The position numbers were made by a program, and so were the translations under genes. Shown piece by piece: positions 10,528 through 18,666 of a stretch of 63,975 nt of DNA. The stretch's first letter is position 1, and every line of letters starts with the position of its first letter. Under the pieces are notes generated by a model. It saw only the letters and a program-made list of their open reading frames with translations, did no database searches and was not told the origin of the DNA. This stretch comes from an uncultured Thermomicrobiales bacterium (GTDB taxonomy: Bacteria; Chloroflexota; Chloroflexia; Thermomicrobiales; CADCWN01): positions 1 to 63,975 of the forward strand of contig CADCWN010000167.1 of the NCBI GenBank assembly GCA_902806415.1, given 5' to 3'.

Positions 10528-10610
10528 ACCCTCCCCTGAAGCGGGAGGGTGGAATTACAGCCTCCCACCTCGTGATATTTCCCCCCTCTCCTCGGATGGG
10601 GAGAGGGGGG
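10528..10610. repeat. two G/C-rich hairpins of the CCCTCCC/GGGAGGG and CCCCCCTCTCC/GGAGAGGGGGG type
   Basis: 10528..10550 is ACCCTCCC-7nt-GGGAGGGT. 10581..10610 is CCCCCCTCTCC-8nt-GGAGAGGGGGG (11 bp perfect). They lie in the convergent gap between 8249..10423(+) and 10647..11234(-). Confidence 0.8.
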
Positions 10611-10646
10611 CTGCCCGCAGGCGGCGGGGGTGAGGGCCGCGCCTCT

Positions 10647-11234
10647 TTACCAATTCCCCCGCCCAATATCGAACGGCTCTTTGCCTTCAATGACAGTGGC
10701 GAAGATCTCCGGCGAGTTGACCGGCGCGATCATCCCGTCGGTGTCGGTGTAGCGCGTGCCGGATGCGCCGAGATAGGTATGGGCGCGACCGAGCGGCACG
10801 AACCCGACTCGCCCGTAGAGCTTGCCCAATCGCGCGATGTCGGTGCAGAGGTAGGCGATGTCGCAGCCGCGTTGCCGTAGGGTCGCCATCGCCGCGCTGG
10901 TCGTCGCCGAGGCCACGCCGCGCCCGCGCCAATCGGCGCGCGTGGCGACGCCGCCCAGCCCGCCCAACTGGATTGCCCGCCCTCCGAAGGGGATCGCGCG
11001 CTGCAACAACTTGATCGCGCCGATCAGTTCCCCGCCAGTACGAGCCAGGATATAGCCGACCGCGTCATCGTCGCTGCAGAAGCGATCGTTGAGTTCGCGC
11101 CGATCCTCCTCCGGGGTGGCATAGCCGCTGAATGCGGCCTGCTCCAGGCTGTTGAATGCCGCGAATTCTTCCGGCGTCAGCCCGGTATGGCTGCTGATCC
11201 GGACTTCCTCGGGAGTGCTGGCTGTGTTACCCAT
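10647..11234 (-). CDS. GNAT family N-acetyltransferase
   Basis: ORF 10647..11234. The acetyl-CoA motif is VATRADWRGRGVASA (R/Q-x-x-G-x-G/A). Confidence 0.8.
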   Translation of the reverse strand: MGNTASTPEEVRISSHTGLTPEEFAAFNSLEQAAFSGYATPEEDRRELNDRFCSDDDAVGYILARTGGELIGAIKLLQRAIPFGGRAIQLGGLGGVATRADWRGRGVASATTSAAMATLRQRGCDIAYLCTDIARLGKLYGRVGFVPLGRAHTYLGASGTRYTDTDGMIAPVNSPEIFATVIEGKEPFDIGRGNW

Positions 11235-11253
11235 CGAAAGTTGTCCTTAACGT

Positions 11254-13152
11254 TCAGTCGCCCGGTGTCGCGCCGCCCGTCGGGAGGCAGCGACCGCCCG
11301 GCGGCAGATCGCGCATGTAGCGATAGACGCCGAAATAGCTCGGCGAATCCCAGTAGAGTTCGCGCAGGCGCAGCCGCCCGCTGAGTCGGAGGAGCGGTGC
11401 CGTCTCGCGGATGGGGAAACACTCATCGCGCATCATGATCACGATCGGCTGCGCCGCGACGTTCGCGGGGTCGATCGGCTCGGCGATCCGCGCGATCTCG
11501 GTGCCGGGGTCGTCCACGATCCGGTGCGGCACGCCGTCGAGCGTCAGCAAGATGTCGAGGATGTCGAGCGCCGTGGCCCCGTCCTTCAAATCGATCCTGA
11601 CGAAACGCGGACCGAGCAGGACTGGGGCGTCGGTCCCGCGCACGCTGTTGACGAAGCGCACCGTCTCCAGAAAAGCCGCGTTATCCGGATCAAGTCGGCT
11701 CTCATGGGTGTAGTAGCGGCGCAGCGGGATAATCGGATAGAGGACGAGGATGAGGATGAGGAGCGCGGGAACAAGCGATAGCGCGGAACGCGGAACGCGG
11801 AACGCGGAATTTGTCTCCTGTAGAGATCTGGGTCTTCGCGTCAACCACGTTCTCATTCCGCGTTCCGCGTTCCGCGTTCCGACTTCCACCAGCGCCAGTG
11901 CGCCCGCCGCCACGGCGATCATCAGCGGCGGCAGCAGGAAGGCGATGTAGCGCCCGGTCAGCAGGTAGCGGTCGCCGTCAATCCCGTAGGCGTGGTTGAA
12001 GTAGGGCATCGTCAGCGCCGTGCAGATCGTCGCCAGCAGCGGCAGCGGCTGGCCGCGCCGCGCCAGCACGATCAGCCCGAGGATCGCCAGGGCGACGACG
12101 ATCAGCATATACGGCGAGGTGAGGTAGTGCAGCGCCCGCTCCGGGGTCCGAAACGGGTTGCTAATCATCCGTACCAGCGCGTAGAGCAGGCTTCGCAAGT
12201 TGTAGACATAGGTATTGGCGGTCGGATCGGCGACGAAGGCGTAGTCGCGGCCCCGCGCCCGCCGGAAGCCGACCATCCCGTTCAGCAAGTTGGCGATCAG
12301 GACCGGGCTGTAGGCGAGGATCGTCGCGAACGGGGCCGGATACAGCCAGGGCGAGCGCATGAGCCCCCAGGAACGCTCGCGCCAGAGCGCAAATGCGAGC
12401 GCTCCGACCAGGGCCGGGGCCAGCACGATCGTCCCAACATGCGTCTGGAGCAGCAACCCGAAGCAGAAGCCGCAGAGGATCAGCCAGCGCGCGGCAGGCG
12501 TGAACGCGCCGGGTGGGGCGGGTGACAGCGCTGCCTCGTCTGCCCCCCCGTCGATCAGGGCGATCTGCGGCCGTGGTGGGGGCAACGCCCGTACGGCGCG
12601 CAAGACCGTGTAGAAGCAGAGGGTGGCGTAGAACGGGGTGGTGGAGTTCTCCCAGGCGACGTGGCTATTGACGACAATATGCTGCGGCAGGGTGGCGAGG
12701 AAAGCGGCCCCAAGCGCGCCGGGTCGCCAGCCGCCCAGTTCCCTGCCGATCAGATAGGTCATCGCGACGGTCAGCGCACCGATGATGCAGACGAGGGCGC
12801 GCGGCAAGGTCATCGAAGGGCCGAAGATCCAGAGGCAGAGGGCGAGGAGGTAGTGGTGCAGCGGGCCGAAATATTGCACTTGCGCCGTGAGCGGGAATGC
12901 CTCGCCGTTGTAGATGCGGAGCGCCCAGCGGATCTCGCCGATCTCGTCGGTGAAGTGGGGCAGGCGCAGCAGGTACGGCCAGCGGGTCAGCATCGCGAGG
13001 CCGAAGAGCGCCAGGATCAGCAGCGCCTCGGCTTCGACCGGGCGAACTCGCGAGAGCAGCGCGCGGAACCCTCGTCGTCGCTGCCGCGCCGGTGTGCGCT
13101 CGACCGTGCCACCCCGCTGGCTCTTCGGTTCCGCCGTTGTCGCCCCGACCAA
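11254..13152 (-). CDS. GT39/ArnT-like dolichyl/undecaprenyl-phosphate-sugar glycosyltransferase (GT-C)
   Basis: ORF 11254..13152, 632 aa. N-terminal PHFTDEIGEI...YFGPLHHYLL segment, many TM helices and a soluble C-terminal domain. It contains an in-frame heptamer hairpin element (see repeat 11782..11883). Confidence 0.8.
   Translation of the reverse strand: MVGATTAEPKSQRGGTVERTPARQRRRGFRALLSRVRPVEAEALLILALFGLAMLTRWPYLLRLPHFTDEIGEIRWALRIYNGEAFPLTAQVQYFGPLHHYLLALCLWIFGPSMTLPRALVCIIGALTVAMTYLIGRELGGWRPGALGAAFLATLPQHIVVNSHVAWENSTTPFYATLCFYTVLRAVRALPPPRPQIALIDGGADEAALSPAPPGAFTPAARWLILCGFCFGLLLQTHVGTIVLAPALVGALAFALWRERSWGLMRSPWLYPAPFATILAYSPVLIANLLNGMVGFRRARGRDYAFVADPTANTYVYNLRSLLYALVRMISNPFRTPERALHYLTSPYMLIVVALAILGLIVLARRGQPLPLLATICTALTMPYFNHAYGIDGDRYLLTGRYIAFLLPPLMIAVAAGALALVEVGTRNAERGMRTWLTRRPRSLQETNSAFRVPRSALSLVPALLILILVLYPIIPLRRYYTHESRLDPDNAAFLETVRFVNSVRGTDAPVLLGPRFVRIDLKDGATALDILDILLTLDGVPHRIVDDPGTEIARIAEPIDPANVAAQPIVIMMRDECFPIRETAPLLRLSGRLRLRELYWDSPSYFGVYRYMRDLPPGGRCLPTGGATPGD
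11782..11883. repeat. heptamer-array inverted repeat inside a CDS: (CGCGGAA)x4 versus (TTCCGCG)x3+TTCCGAC
   Basis: 27-bp perfect stem (11784..11810 with 11855..11881) and a 44-nt loop. The span is 102 nt = 34 codons and is open in the frame of the host gene. Confidence 0.9.
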
Positions 13153-13223
13153 CTAGCCTCCCCCGCAGCGATGGTGAAACGAGGCCCAAGTATAGGCAGG
13201 GCTGGGGGACGGGACAAGCAAAC

Positions 13224-13262
13224 AGGGTGGGGTGGGCATCCCGAAGGTGCCCACCCCACCCT
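13224..13262 (-). terminator. stem-loop downstream of the BON-domain gene
   Basis: AGGGTGGGGTGGGCA-loop-TGCCCACCCCACCCT. On the minus strand it is followed by GTTTGCTTG. Confidence 0.6.
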
Positions 13263-13276
13263 GAACCAGCGGGGCG

Positions 13277-13762
13277 TTACTGCGCCGGGGTCGGGAGCCG
13301 CAGGAGGTTGATCACCGCGTCAACCCCCTCGATCCCCTTCACTCGGCGCTCGATCTCGTCGATCTGCTCCTTGGTGCCGATCGTGCCGCGCACGTAGACA
13401 ACCCCATCGACGGTATTGATATTGATCTGATCTTTCGGCGTCTTGCCGTCGCTGAAGAGCGCGGACTCGACGCGACCCGTCACCGCCTGGTCGCGCTCGG
13501 CGCTCTCATCGCCGCCGCCACCGCCGGTGAGCGAGCTGGCCGCGCCCATGACGCTCTGGCGCCGCTCGTTATCGGAGAGGTACACTGCTGCCCCCGCGAG
13601 CGCGCCGCCGAAGAGCAAGCCCAGGAAGAAGCGACCGCCGCCGCCCTTCTTGCTCGACTCGATCTCCTCCAGCCGGGCGAGCAGCGCGCTCTGGCGCTCC
13701 TGCAACTGCTGTTGCCTCTCCTCGGCATCGACCACCTTACCCCGACCGAACATCCCTGTCAT
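13277..13762 (-). CDS. BON domain-containing protein with N-terminal coiled coil and one TM segment
   Basis: ORF 13277..13762. FFLGLLFGGALAGAAVYL is a TM segment. The C-terminal NTVDGVVYVRGTIGTKEQIDEIERRVKGIEGVDAVINLL is BON-like. Confidence 0.75.
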   Translation of the reverse strand: MTGMFGRGKVVDAEERQQQLQERQSALLARLEEIESSKKGGGGRFFLGLLFGGALAGAAVYLSDNERRQSVMGAASSLTGGGGGDESAERDQAVTGRVESALFSDGKTPKDQININTVDGVVYVRGTIGTKEQIDEIERRVKGIEGVDAVINLLRLPTPAQ

Positions 13763-14147
13763 TGTTTCCCATCTCCTCTCACTGCAGCGAACCTAAGCAT
13801 TGCGCGACATTCCGCCCCCTCGATGACCCCGCGCATGACGCTAACGTCACAAGCGAAGTCGCGGCGGGCGCTGTCTTCACGCCTCGTCAGCGCAAGGACT
13901 GTACCAAAGAAGCGGATCCGATGCGAACGGCATTGACCCTTTCCGACGCAAAAATTACCCTGCTGCGGTGCCGTGGCCGTGATTCTGCGATCCATCGATC
14001 CGTGCGGCGAGCGGGAGGAACAAATGGACGTAGCACAAGCCGTGAAACCGAAATGCTGTCGCTCCGTTTTATTGCGAGGTGGGCTTTCCCGGGAAAATGC
14101 ACGCAAACTCGCACGAAATGGGGCTGGTGCAGCGGGCTTCGGGAGCG

Positions 14148-14153
14148 TAGAAT
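14148..14153 (+). promoter_or_regulatory. candidate -10 box (TAGAAT) placed for a leaderless transcript of the GT2 gene
   Basis: TAGAAT at 14148..14153 is followed by 6 nt and then ATG at 14160. No Shine-Dalgarno sequence fits in between. The same GCGTAGAATAG string recurs upstream of the FKBP gene near 20690. Confidence 0.3.
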
Positions 14154-14159
14154 AGCGCC

Positions 14160-15074
14160 ATGGCGAACGTTCACGTCGTCGTCGTCAATTATAATACCGC
14201 CGGACTCCTCCGGCGGTGCCTCGACCACCTCTTCGCGAGCGACTCCTCCCACCCTTTCGACGTCACCGTCGTGGATAACGGATCATCCGATAATAGCCTC
14301 CGGATGGTGCGCGACGACTATCCGCAGGTGCGCGGCCTGCGCTCCGAGCGCAATCTCGGTTTCTCCGGCGGGAATAACCTGGCTCTGCGGCGGATTGTCG
14401 CGGATGGCCCTGGCGGCGCGGCGCGCGAGCACGAATACGTCTTGCTGGTCAATAGCGATCTCTTCGTGGAGCCGGGAACGATCCAGACGCTCGTCGATTT
14501 CGCCGAGTCCCGCCCGACGGTCGGCGTCGTCGGCCCGCGGATCGAGAAGCCGGATGGCACGCTCGACCTCGCCTGCCGCCGCTCCTTCCCGACTCCGGCC
14601 AATGCGTTCTTCAAGCTCTCCGGTCTGAGTCGTCGCTTCCCCGGTCACGCCCGCTTCGCCGCCTATAACCTGACCAATCTGGATGACCGCGAGTTGACCG
14701 AGGTCGATGCGGTCACCGGCGCTTGCATGTTGGTCCGTCTCGCCGCGATCGATCGTGTGGGGTTGCTCGATGAGGCTTTCTTCATGTATGGCGAAGACCT
14801 CGACTGGGCGTACCGGATCAAGGCCGCTGGCTGGCAAGTCTTCTACAACCCGGCGACACGCACGCTGCACCAGAAGGGGGCAACGAGCGCTCGGCAGAGC
14901 GGGAGGATGATCGTCGAGTTCTACCGTGCCATGAACCTGTTCTACCGTAAGCACTACGCGTCGCGTGCGCCGCGCCCACTGAATTGGCTGGTCGCGATCG
15001 GGATCGCGGCGCGCGGCGCGCTCGCCCTGGTGATTAATCTCCTGCGGCCCGCAGCCAAGAAGCGAGTCATCTGA
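14160..15074 (+). CDS. family 2 glycosyltransferase
   Basis: ORF 14160..15074. Motifs VVVVNYNT, VVDNGSSD, NLGFSGGNN and FMYGEDLDW. Confidence 0.85.
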   Translation: MANVHVVVVNYNTAGLLRRCLDHLFASDSSHPFDVTVVDNGSSDNSLRMVRDDYPQVRGLRSERNLGFSGGNNLALRRIVADGPGGAAREHEYVLLVNSDLFVEPGTIQTLVDFAESRPTVGVVGPRIEKPDGTLDLACRRSFPTPANAFFKLSGLSRRFPGHARFAAYNLTNLDDRELTEVDAVTGACMLVRLAAIDRVGLLDEAFFMYGEDLDWAYRIKAAGWQVFYNPATRTLHQKGATSARQSGRMIVEFYRAMNLFYRKHYASRAPRPLNWLVAIGIAARGALALVINLLRPAAKKRVI

Positions 15075-16639
15075 TGAAATCGGAACTCGGCGGTCGCGGT
15101 CCACAAATGACCCCGCGCGAACGGTCGGGGCGGCTGCTCACCCCCGAGGCCCCCCGGGACCTCGCTCGCCCCGCCGCCGATTTTGATTGGCATCCGATCG
15201 CCGGTCGCGCGTCGGTGAAGCGCTGGCTCAACCTGGCGGTGGTCCTCTCGCGCGGGGCGGTCGACGCCCTGATGATCGTCGCCGCATTCCTGGCCGCCTA
15301 CCAATTGCGCGCCAGCATCGACCTCTTCAGCGCCTTCCAGGAGCCGAGCCGGACAACCTACGAGATCATGCTGGCGGTGGTTGTCGTGACCTTGCTGGTC
15401 ACGTTCAATCTCGTCGGGCTCTACAACTTACGGCGCGGCGTCTCGCGCGTCGACCAGTTTTACCGGGTCAGCGCCGCCGTCTCGATCGGCCTGGTCCTCT
15501 CGATCGCCCTCAACTCGATGCTCCTCGGGGATCGCTTCATCTACTCCCGCCAGATGCTGCTTATCGGTTGGCTCCTCTGTATCGCCCTGGTCACGGCGGG
15601 GCGCTTCGTGCATGGCGAACTCGTCGGGCAACTCCGCACACGGGCGGTTGCGCGCGATCGCCTGCTCGTCATCGGCGTGGGGAAGACCGGTCGTCTGGTC
15701 CTGGAGACGATCGCCCGCTCGCCCTGGCTCGGTTACGAGATCGTCTGCGTGCTGCGCCATGGCCAGAACGGGCAGGCCGCGCTCGGCGATGACACGCTCG
15801 ATGGGATTCCCATCCTCGGCGACGACACGCAACTCGCCGCCCTCACGAAGCAGTACAACATCGACGAAGTAATCATCGCGCTCACCGGCACCCCGCATGA
15901 AGAGGTCCTGACGCTGGCGCAAGGGCTGATCGAGCAGCCGGTGAATATCAAGGTCTACCCCGACACCTTCCAGTTGATCACCAACAACGAACTGAGTCTC
16001 GATGACCTCGGCGGTCTGCCGATGGTCAGCGTGCGCAATGTCGCGTTGCGCGGCTGGAATCGAGTCGTCAAGCGGGTGATGGACGTGGCCCTCAGCGTCG
16101 TTATTCTCATCCTGATTTCCCCGCTGGTTATCTTCCTCGCCGCGCTGATCAAGTTTTCCTCGCGTGGCCCGGTCTTCCATCTCCAGGAGCGTGTCGGCCA
16201 CGACGGTCGCTCGTTCCTCTGCATCAAGTTCCGCTCGATGACGGTCGGCGCGGAAGATTCCACCGGGCCGGTCTGGGCGCGACCGAACGACCCGCGGCGT
16301 ACCGTCCTCGGGCGCTTCATCCGGCGCTACTCCCTCGACGAGTTGCCGCAGTTCGTCAATGTCCTGATGGGCGAGATGAGTATCGTCGGCCCGCGCCCGG
16401 AGCGACCGCATTTTGTCGAGCAGTTCAGCCAGTCGATCCCCGGTTATGCCTACCGCCACCACGAGAAGGCCGGGATCACCGGCTGGGCGCAGGTGAATGG
16501 TCTGCGCGGCAACACCTCGATCGAGGAGCGCACGCGCTACGACCTCTACTACGTCGAGAACTGGTCCCCGCTCTTCGACATCAAGATCATCGTCAAGACG
16601 ATCTGGCTGGTGCTAAAACCGGATAATAACGCGTACTGA
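15074..16639 (+). CDS. polyprenyl-phosphate glycosyl-1-phosphate transferase (WbaP/exopolysaccharide sugar transferase family)
   Basis: ORF 15074..16639. N-terminal TM helices plus a central Rossmann-like region. The C-terminal segment reads RFIRRYSLDELPQFVNVLMGEMSIVGPRPERP. Its start overlaps the GT2 stop (TGATG). Confidence 0.85.
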   Translation: MKSELGGRGPQMTPRERSGRLLTPEAPRDLARPAADFDWHPIAGRASVKRWLNLAVVLSRGAVDALMIVAAFLAAYQLRASIDLFSAFQEPSRTTYEIMLAVVVVTLLVTFNLVGLYNLRRGVSRVDQFYRVSAAVSIGLVLSIALNSMLLGDRFIYSRQMLLIGWLLCIALVTAGRFVHGELVGQLRTRAVARDRLLVIGVGKTGRLVLETIARSPWLGYEIVCVLRHGQNGQAALGDDTLDGIPILGDDTQLAALTKQYNIDEVIIALTGTPHEEVLTLAQGLIEQPVNIKVYPDTFQLITNNELSLDDLGGLPMVSVRNVALRGWNRVVKRVMDVALSVVILILISPLVIFLAALIKFSSRGPVFHLQERVGHDGRSFLCIKFRSMTVGAEDSTGPVWARPNDPRRTVLGRFIRRYSLDELPQFVNVLMGEMSIVGPRPERPHFVEQFSQSIPGYAYRHHEKAGITGWAQVNGLRGNTSIEERTRYDLYYVENWSPLFDIKIIVKTIWLVLKPDNNAY

Positions 16640-16865
16640 GTGGTCCGTTTCGGAAAAGCTTGTTGGGTTGCGGCGGGGTTACCCCGCCCCGCCGCTGCGG
16701 CAGCCCCCCTCCCCTAAAGAGGGAGAGTGGGAATGACCCTGGCCAAGGTGGCCTCTTTTCGCCATCCGCCACTTCCCCGGTTGCGCCCCTCCTCTCCTGT
16801 CTGCGACACTCATCCGCGAGAAATCGGGACGGGATGGTTGCGCCAGCGCGGAAGGATGGATCGCG

Positions 16866-17954
16866 ATGCAGTTTAAAGAATATCTCCTCAACGTGCCGAC
16901 CTATCGCCCGCCAAAGCCTGCGGGCGAGGGGGATGCCCCGATCGCTCGCCTCGGCGCAAATGAGAACCCGCTCGGCCCGTCGCCGCTGGCGGTTGAGGCG
17001 ATGCGCGACGTGCTTCCCCATGTCAATCGCTACTCCGACGCCGGCTCCTGGCCGACCCGCCGGATCCTCGGCGCGCACTTCGACATCGCCCCGGAGCAGA
17101 TCCTCTGCACCAATGGTTCCGACGAGATGATCTACATGCTCTGCCTCGCGTTCCTCCGCGAGGGGGATGAGACCGTGATGGCCGACGGTTCGTTCGTCAG
17201 CTACGGGATGCGCACCCTGGCGATGGGCGGGCAGCCGCTCCGCGTCCCACTGCGCGACTACGTCCACGACCTCGACGCGATGGCCGACGCGATCACCGCG
17301 CGCACGCGCCTGATCTTCCTCTGCAATCCGAATAACCCGACCGGCACCACGGTCGGGTCGGCGGCGGTCGCGCGCTTCCTGTCGCGCGTGCCAGAGGATG
17401 TGCTGATCGTCGCCGACGAGGCGTATATCGAGTTCGCCGAGGGGGCCGACACGCCCGATCTCCTGGCCGAGGTGCGAGGCGGGCGGCGGAACCTGATCGT
17501 CCTCCGCACCTTCGCCAAGATTTACGGCCTCGCCGGGCTGCGGCTCGGCTATGCCTTCGGCTCGACGGAGGTGATCAGCTATCTCGATCGGGCGCGCACC
17601 GTCTTCAATGTCAACGCGCTGGCCCAGGCCGCCGCGCCCGCCGCGCTGGCGGACACAGAGCATGTCGCGCGGGTGCGCGCCCACGCCGTCGCCGCCCGCG
17701 CCCGCTTCACCGAGGAGTTGACCGCGCTCGGCCTCCAACCGATCCCCAGCGCCACCAATTTCATGGCCGTCAAGGTGAATGGCGACGATGGGGCCATCGC
17801 CGCCGCCCTCCTGGAGCGCGGCATCATGGTCAACCCGATCGGCGGGTGGGGCTTGCCGGGTCATATCCGCATCTCGTTCGGCACCGACGAGGAGAACGAG
17901 CGCTTCTTCGCCGCGATGCGCGAGGTCGTGCGGGGAGTTCCGGCGACGGTGTAG
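16866..17954 (+). CDS. hisC: histidinol-phosphate aminotransferase
   Basis: ORF 16866..17954. Motifs LGANENPLGPSP, LCNPNNPTGT and TFAKIYGLAGLRLGY (PLP lysine motif). Confidence 0.85.
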   Translation: MQFKEYLLNVPTYRPPKPAGEGDAPIARLGANENPLGPSPLAVEAMRDVLPHVNRYSDAGSWPTRRILGAHFDIAPEQILCTNGSDEMIYMLCLAFLREGDETVMADGSFVSYGMRTLAMGGQPLRVPLRDYVHDLDAMADAITARTRLIFLCNPNNPTGTTVGSAAVARFLSRVPEDVLIVADEAYIEFAEGADTPDLLAEVRGGRRNLIVLRTFAKIYGLAGLRLGYAFGSTEVISYLDRARTVFNVNALAQAAAPAALADTEHVARVRAHAVAARARFTEELTALGLQPIPSATNFMAVKVNGDDGAIAAALLERGIMVNPIGGWGLPGHIRISFGTDEENERFFAAMREVVRGVPATV

Positions 17955-18038
17955 CGCCGACCGGAACGTCCGTCACGTTGACTGCGGGCCGCGCGCCCTA
18001 GCGGGGATGCCGCGTCGCTCAATGCTGCCGGGGGGATC

Positions 18039-18542
18039 ATGTCCGAACTGACCCATTTCGATGAGCGCGGACGCGCGCGGATGGTCGATGTCGGCGAGAA
18101 AGAGGCGACGCACCGGATTGCCGTCGCCGGTGGCACCGTGCGGATGGAGCCGGGGACGGTGGCCCTCATCCGCGAGGGCCGCGCCGCCAAGGGCGATGTC
18201 CTCGGGGTCGCCCAGGTCGCCGCGATCATGGCCGCCAAGCGCGCCCACGAGCTCATCCCGATGTGCCACCCGCTGTTGCTGACCGCGATCGGTTGCGCCT
18301 TCGACTTCGGCGACGATGGGCGGAGCATCGAGATCACCGCCCGTGTCGAGACGCGCGGCCAGACCGGCGTGGAGATGGAGGCGCTCACCGCCGTCAGCGC
18401 CGCCGCCCTGACGATCTACGATATGGTCAAGGCGGTCGATCGGGCGATGACGATCGACGGGGTGCGCCTGCTCTACAAGAGCGGCGGCAAGAGCGGGACG
18501 TTCGAGCGCGGCGCGCCCGAAGCGCCCCCTCCCGCCGAGTGA
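18039..18542 (+). CDS. moaC: cyclic pyranopterin monophosphate synthase accessory protein MoaC
   Basis: ORF 18039..18542. Motifs [45 protein letters not shown] and [11 protein letters not shown]. Confidence 0.9.
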   Translation: MSELTHFDERGRARMVDVGEKEATHRIAVAGGTVRMEPGTVALIREGRAAKGDVLGVAQVAAIMAAKRAHELIPMCHPLLLTAIGCAFDFGDDGRSIEITARVETRGQTGVEMEALTAVSAAALTIYDMVKAVDRAMTIDGVRLLYKSGGKSGTFERGAPEAPPPAE

Positions 18543-18615
18543 CCCGACTCCTGTGCGATCGGTCCGCGCGCCGCATCCGTTGGTGTGCAACCATCGTCAC
18601 AAGTTCCGCGCGATA

Positions 18616-18644
18616 CCCCCTCTCCCGCAACTCGGTAGAGGGGG
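18616..18644. repeat. CCCCCTCT/AGAGGGGG hairpin
   Basis: 8-bp G/C-rich stem with a 13-nt loop, just upstream of the S9 peptidase start. Same family as 10581..10610 and 47752..47779. Confidence 0.7.
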
Positions 18645-18666
18645 TGGCTGAGTGAAAGGGGGGCCG

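Noticed and set aside
8252-10690. 812-aa minus-strand ORF, the longest in the track
   Set aside because: It is antisense to the polytopic membrane protein at 8249..10423. Its product is Arg/Gly/Asp/Glu/Pro-rich with no hydrophobic core or motif, which is typical of shadow ORFs in high-G+C DNA. The plus-strand product has coherent TM helices.
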